7,257 nucleotides of DNA from Amoeboradix gromovi X-113 (lineage: Eukaryota > Fungi > Sanchytriomycota): assembly GCA_018985225.1 (NCBI GenBank), contig JADGIF010000520.1, positions 1 through 7,257 on the forward strand. The letters are read 5' to 3'. The notes under the pieces were generated by a model. That model was not told the DNA's origin. It ran no database searches and saw only the letters and a program-made list of their open reading frames with translations. Each line of letters begins with the position of its first letter. Position 1 is the stretch's first letter. The translations under genes and the position numbers were made by a program. Below are positions 6,901 through 7,257 of the stretch, one piece after another.

Positions 6901-7051
6901 CGTGAGGTTCCAGAATTGAGATTTCCATTTCTACGGATTGGCGTTTCTCAAATAACAATGATGGTAGAGTGAATCCTTTATATAGAGAGTTATCTGATGT
7001 AAGGTTATCTAATCGGGATCTAAAGATTGAATTTGGGTATTTCGATTTCAT
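3959..7051 (-). CDS. AMS1: Glycoside hydrolase family 38 alpha-mannosidase, Ams1/MAN2C1 (cytosolic/vacuolar) type, 1030 aa
   Basis: Uninterrupted 3093-nt ORF with diagnostic motifs: GHCHIDTAWLW (6254..6286; Zn ligands), VEMDGNMPSGESFIRQ, FWLPDTFGYS (5924..5953; nucleophile Asp), FFTQKLSWN, GEGDGGGGPT, ELYFELHRGTFTSQ, NQFHDVLPGSSI, WDAWDI, RPTHRNTSWDIAKFE, SLLRAPKGPD. There is no signal peptide. An in-frame TAG just upstream supports ATG 7051 as the start. Confidence 0.96.
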   Translation of the reverse strand: MKSKYPNSIFRSRLDNLTSDNSLYKGFTLPSLLFEKRQSVEMEISILEPHEILKFDEAKKLSFSPIDNGGKIGRAWATSWVQLHIDVPQGWLNVSDCDVYLHIDTGCESMIYNNDGTPLQCTSENRQYFKLSDLIPSSNKLHFYVEFACNRLFGNGIHGDISPSDDNKVYTINVIEIVLVNKVIKELQTDFRFLKMLMNDLNDGEIKVKANNLAHEMLNTFIAEDKSTWAVTRSLMSSLLVGQDKLPYQHEVVAVGHCHIDTAWLWTYSQTIQKCARSWKTQCNFMRLDPEYRFVCSQSIQMEWVKRDYPEIWKEILHFVKLGQFIPIGGSVVEMDGNMPSGESFIRQVLYGQLFFESEFNQRSEIFWLPDTFGYSANLPQIIKSAGMPYFFTQKLSWNNINTFPHHSFVWRGIDNSDVIAHFCPSNTYTSDATVLDVLSSIKSNKDLHSTNKSLLLFGEGDGGGGPTTQHLSLLNRIQQCPGLPTVSTKHPIHVYQHLNDQKDKLSVWKGELYFELHRGTFTSQARNKQFNRKLESQLQLLEQLATLCHINHLYTYPSLQFVEFWKIVLVNQFHDVLPGSSIELVYIETRQQYAKLSKELDALQCKLLDLLTNDSTTYTGDVSSNSSLPRSVVNPSKSLYNPHGWTIVRNGAEIQPFGGIISTESSRSIDKAIKIFQHNTNSNLSAADVIVGDVEVVASNWSLIMNDYGEIIYYYDQDADRVVIDDFKGNVFKVYEDIPIFWDAWDIEVTALEKYKYPTNYKLELVSNNDYEIILKLTCNINESRLAQMIIMRHDSKLITYETSVDWKESHKLLKVHFTPNINSDTCTYDIQYGNIDRPTHRNTSWDIAKFECLGHQYININEHEYGCALITDCKYGYSCLFNEMGISLLRAPKGPDANCDICKHEFKYGYLPHLGNSLIPVIKESKLFNQPLIKLDKELKHNLVGLVNCIGSSGVMVDTIKMGDRNKKVVVVRLYEGCGGAGKMELQPLMEYNKMYYSNVLEDQLEVYPGGKMRFGPFEIKTILIELK

Positions 7052-7257
7052 TGACCCCTAGTATCGACCAGGCTGAGAGAAATGCTCTAACAAGACCGTT
7101 GGCGTGAAAATGAAAAAGACAAAAAATAAACAACTCTCAATATCATAGGACTTCTTTTTATTGGTACTGGTATTTTGTCACCATTCAACACTTTGCAGAT
7201 CTACGACTTGAGCAATTTTTTCGCATCAGAATATGCGAAATGAAAAGTACTCAAAGT

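Noticed and set aside
1-7257. CRISPR array, tRNA, rRNA, terminal inverted repeats or a transposase gene
   Set aside because: No regularly spaced repeats, cloverleaf, rRNA-like sequence, TIR/TSD pair or transposase ORF was recognisable by eye.

Overview
AT-rich, gene-dense eukaryotic DNA. By inference it is most like a compact early-diverging fungal genome: TATA/CCAAT promoters, a 20-nt GT-AG intron and an Ams1-type mannosidase. There are three host genes: a small secreted, probably GPI-anchored protein (1128..1634, -), a secreted LRR receptor-like protein with a Ser/Thr stalk and C-terminal anchor (join 2240..3179,3200..3423, +), and an intronless GH38 alpha-mannosidase of the Ams1/MAN2C1 class (3959..7051, -). 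The most interesting signal is absent from the ORF track. The window opens on the last 25 sense codons of a TnpB/Fanzor-like RNA-guided nuclease (LEIDRDHMAARNIYIKYL, the RuvC-III motif). This is followed by a ~180-nt multi-hairpin region positioned like an omegaRNA/right end. A second, frameshifted copy of the same nuclease family (DVVFFP..EMV..VVEE..CARC..C.LEVDRDQMAAR) lies at ~3593..3868, between the converging LRR and mannosidase genes. All calls come from manual reading; no searches or folding programs were run.
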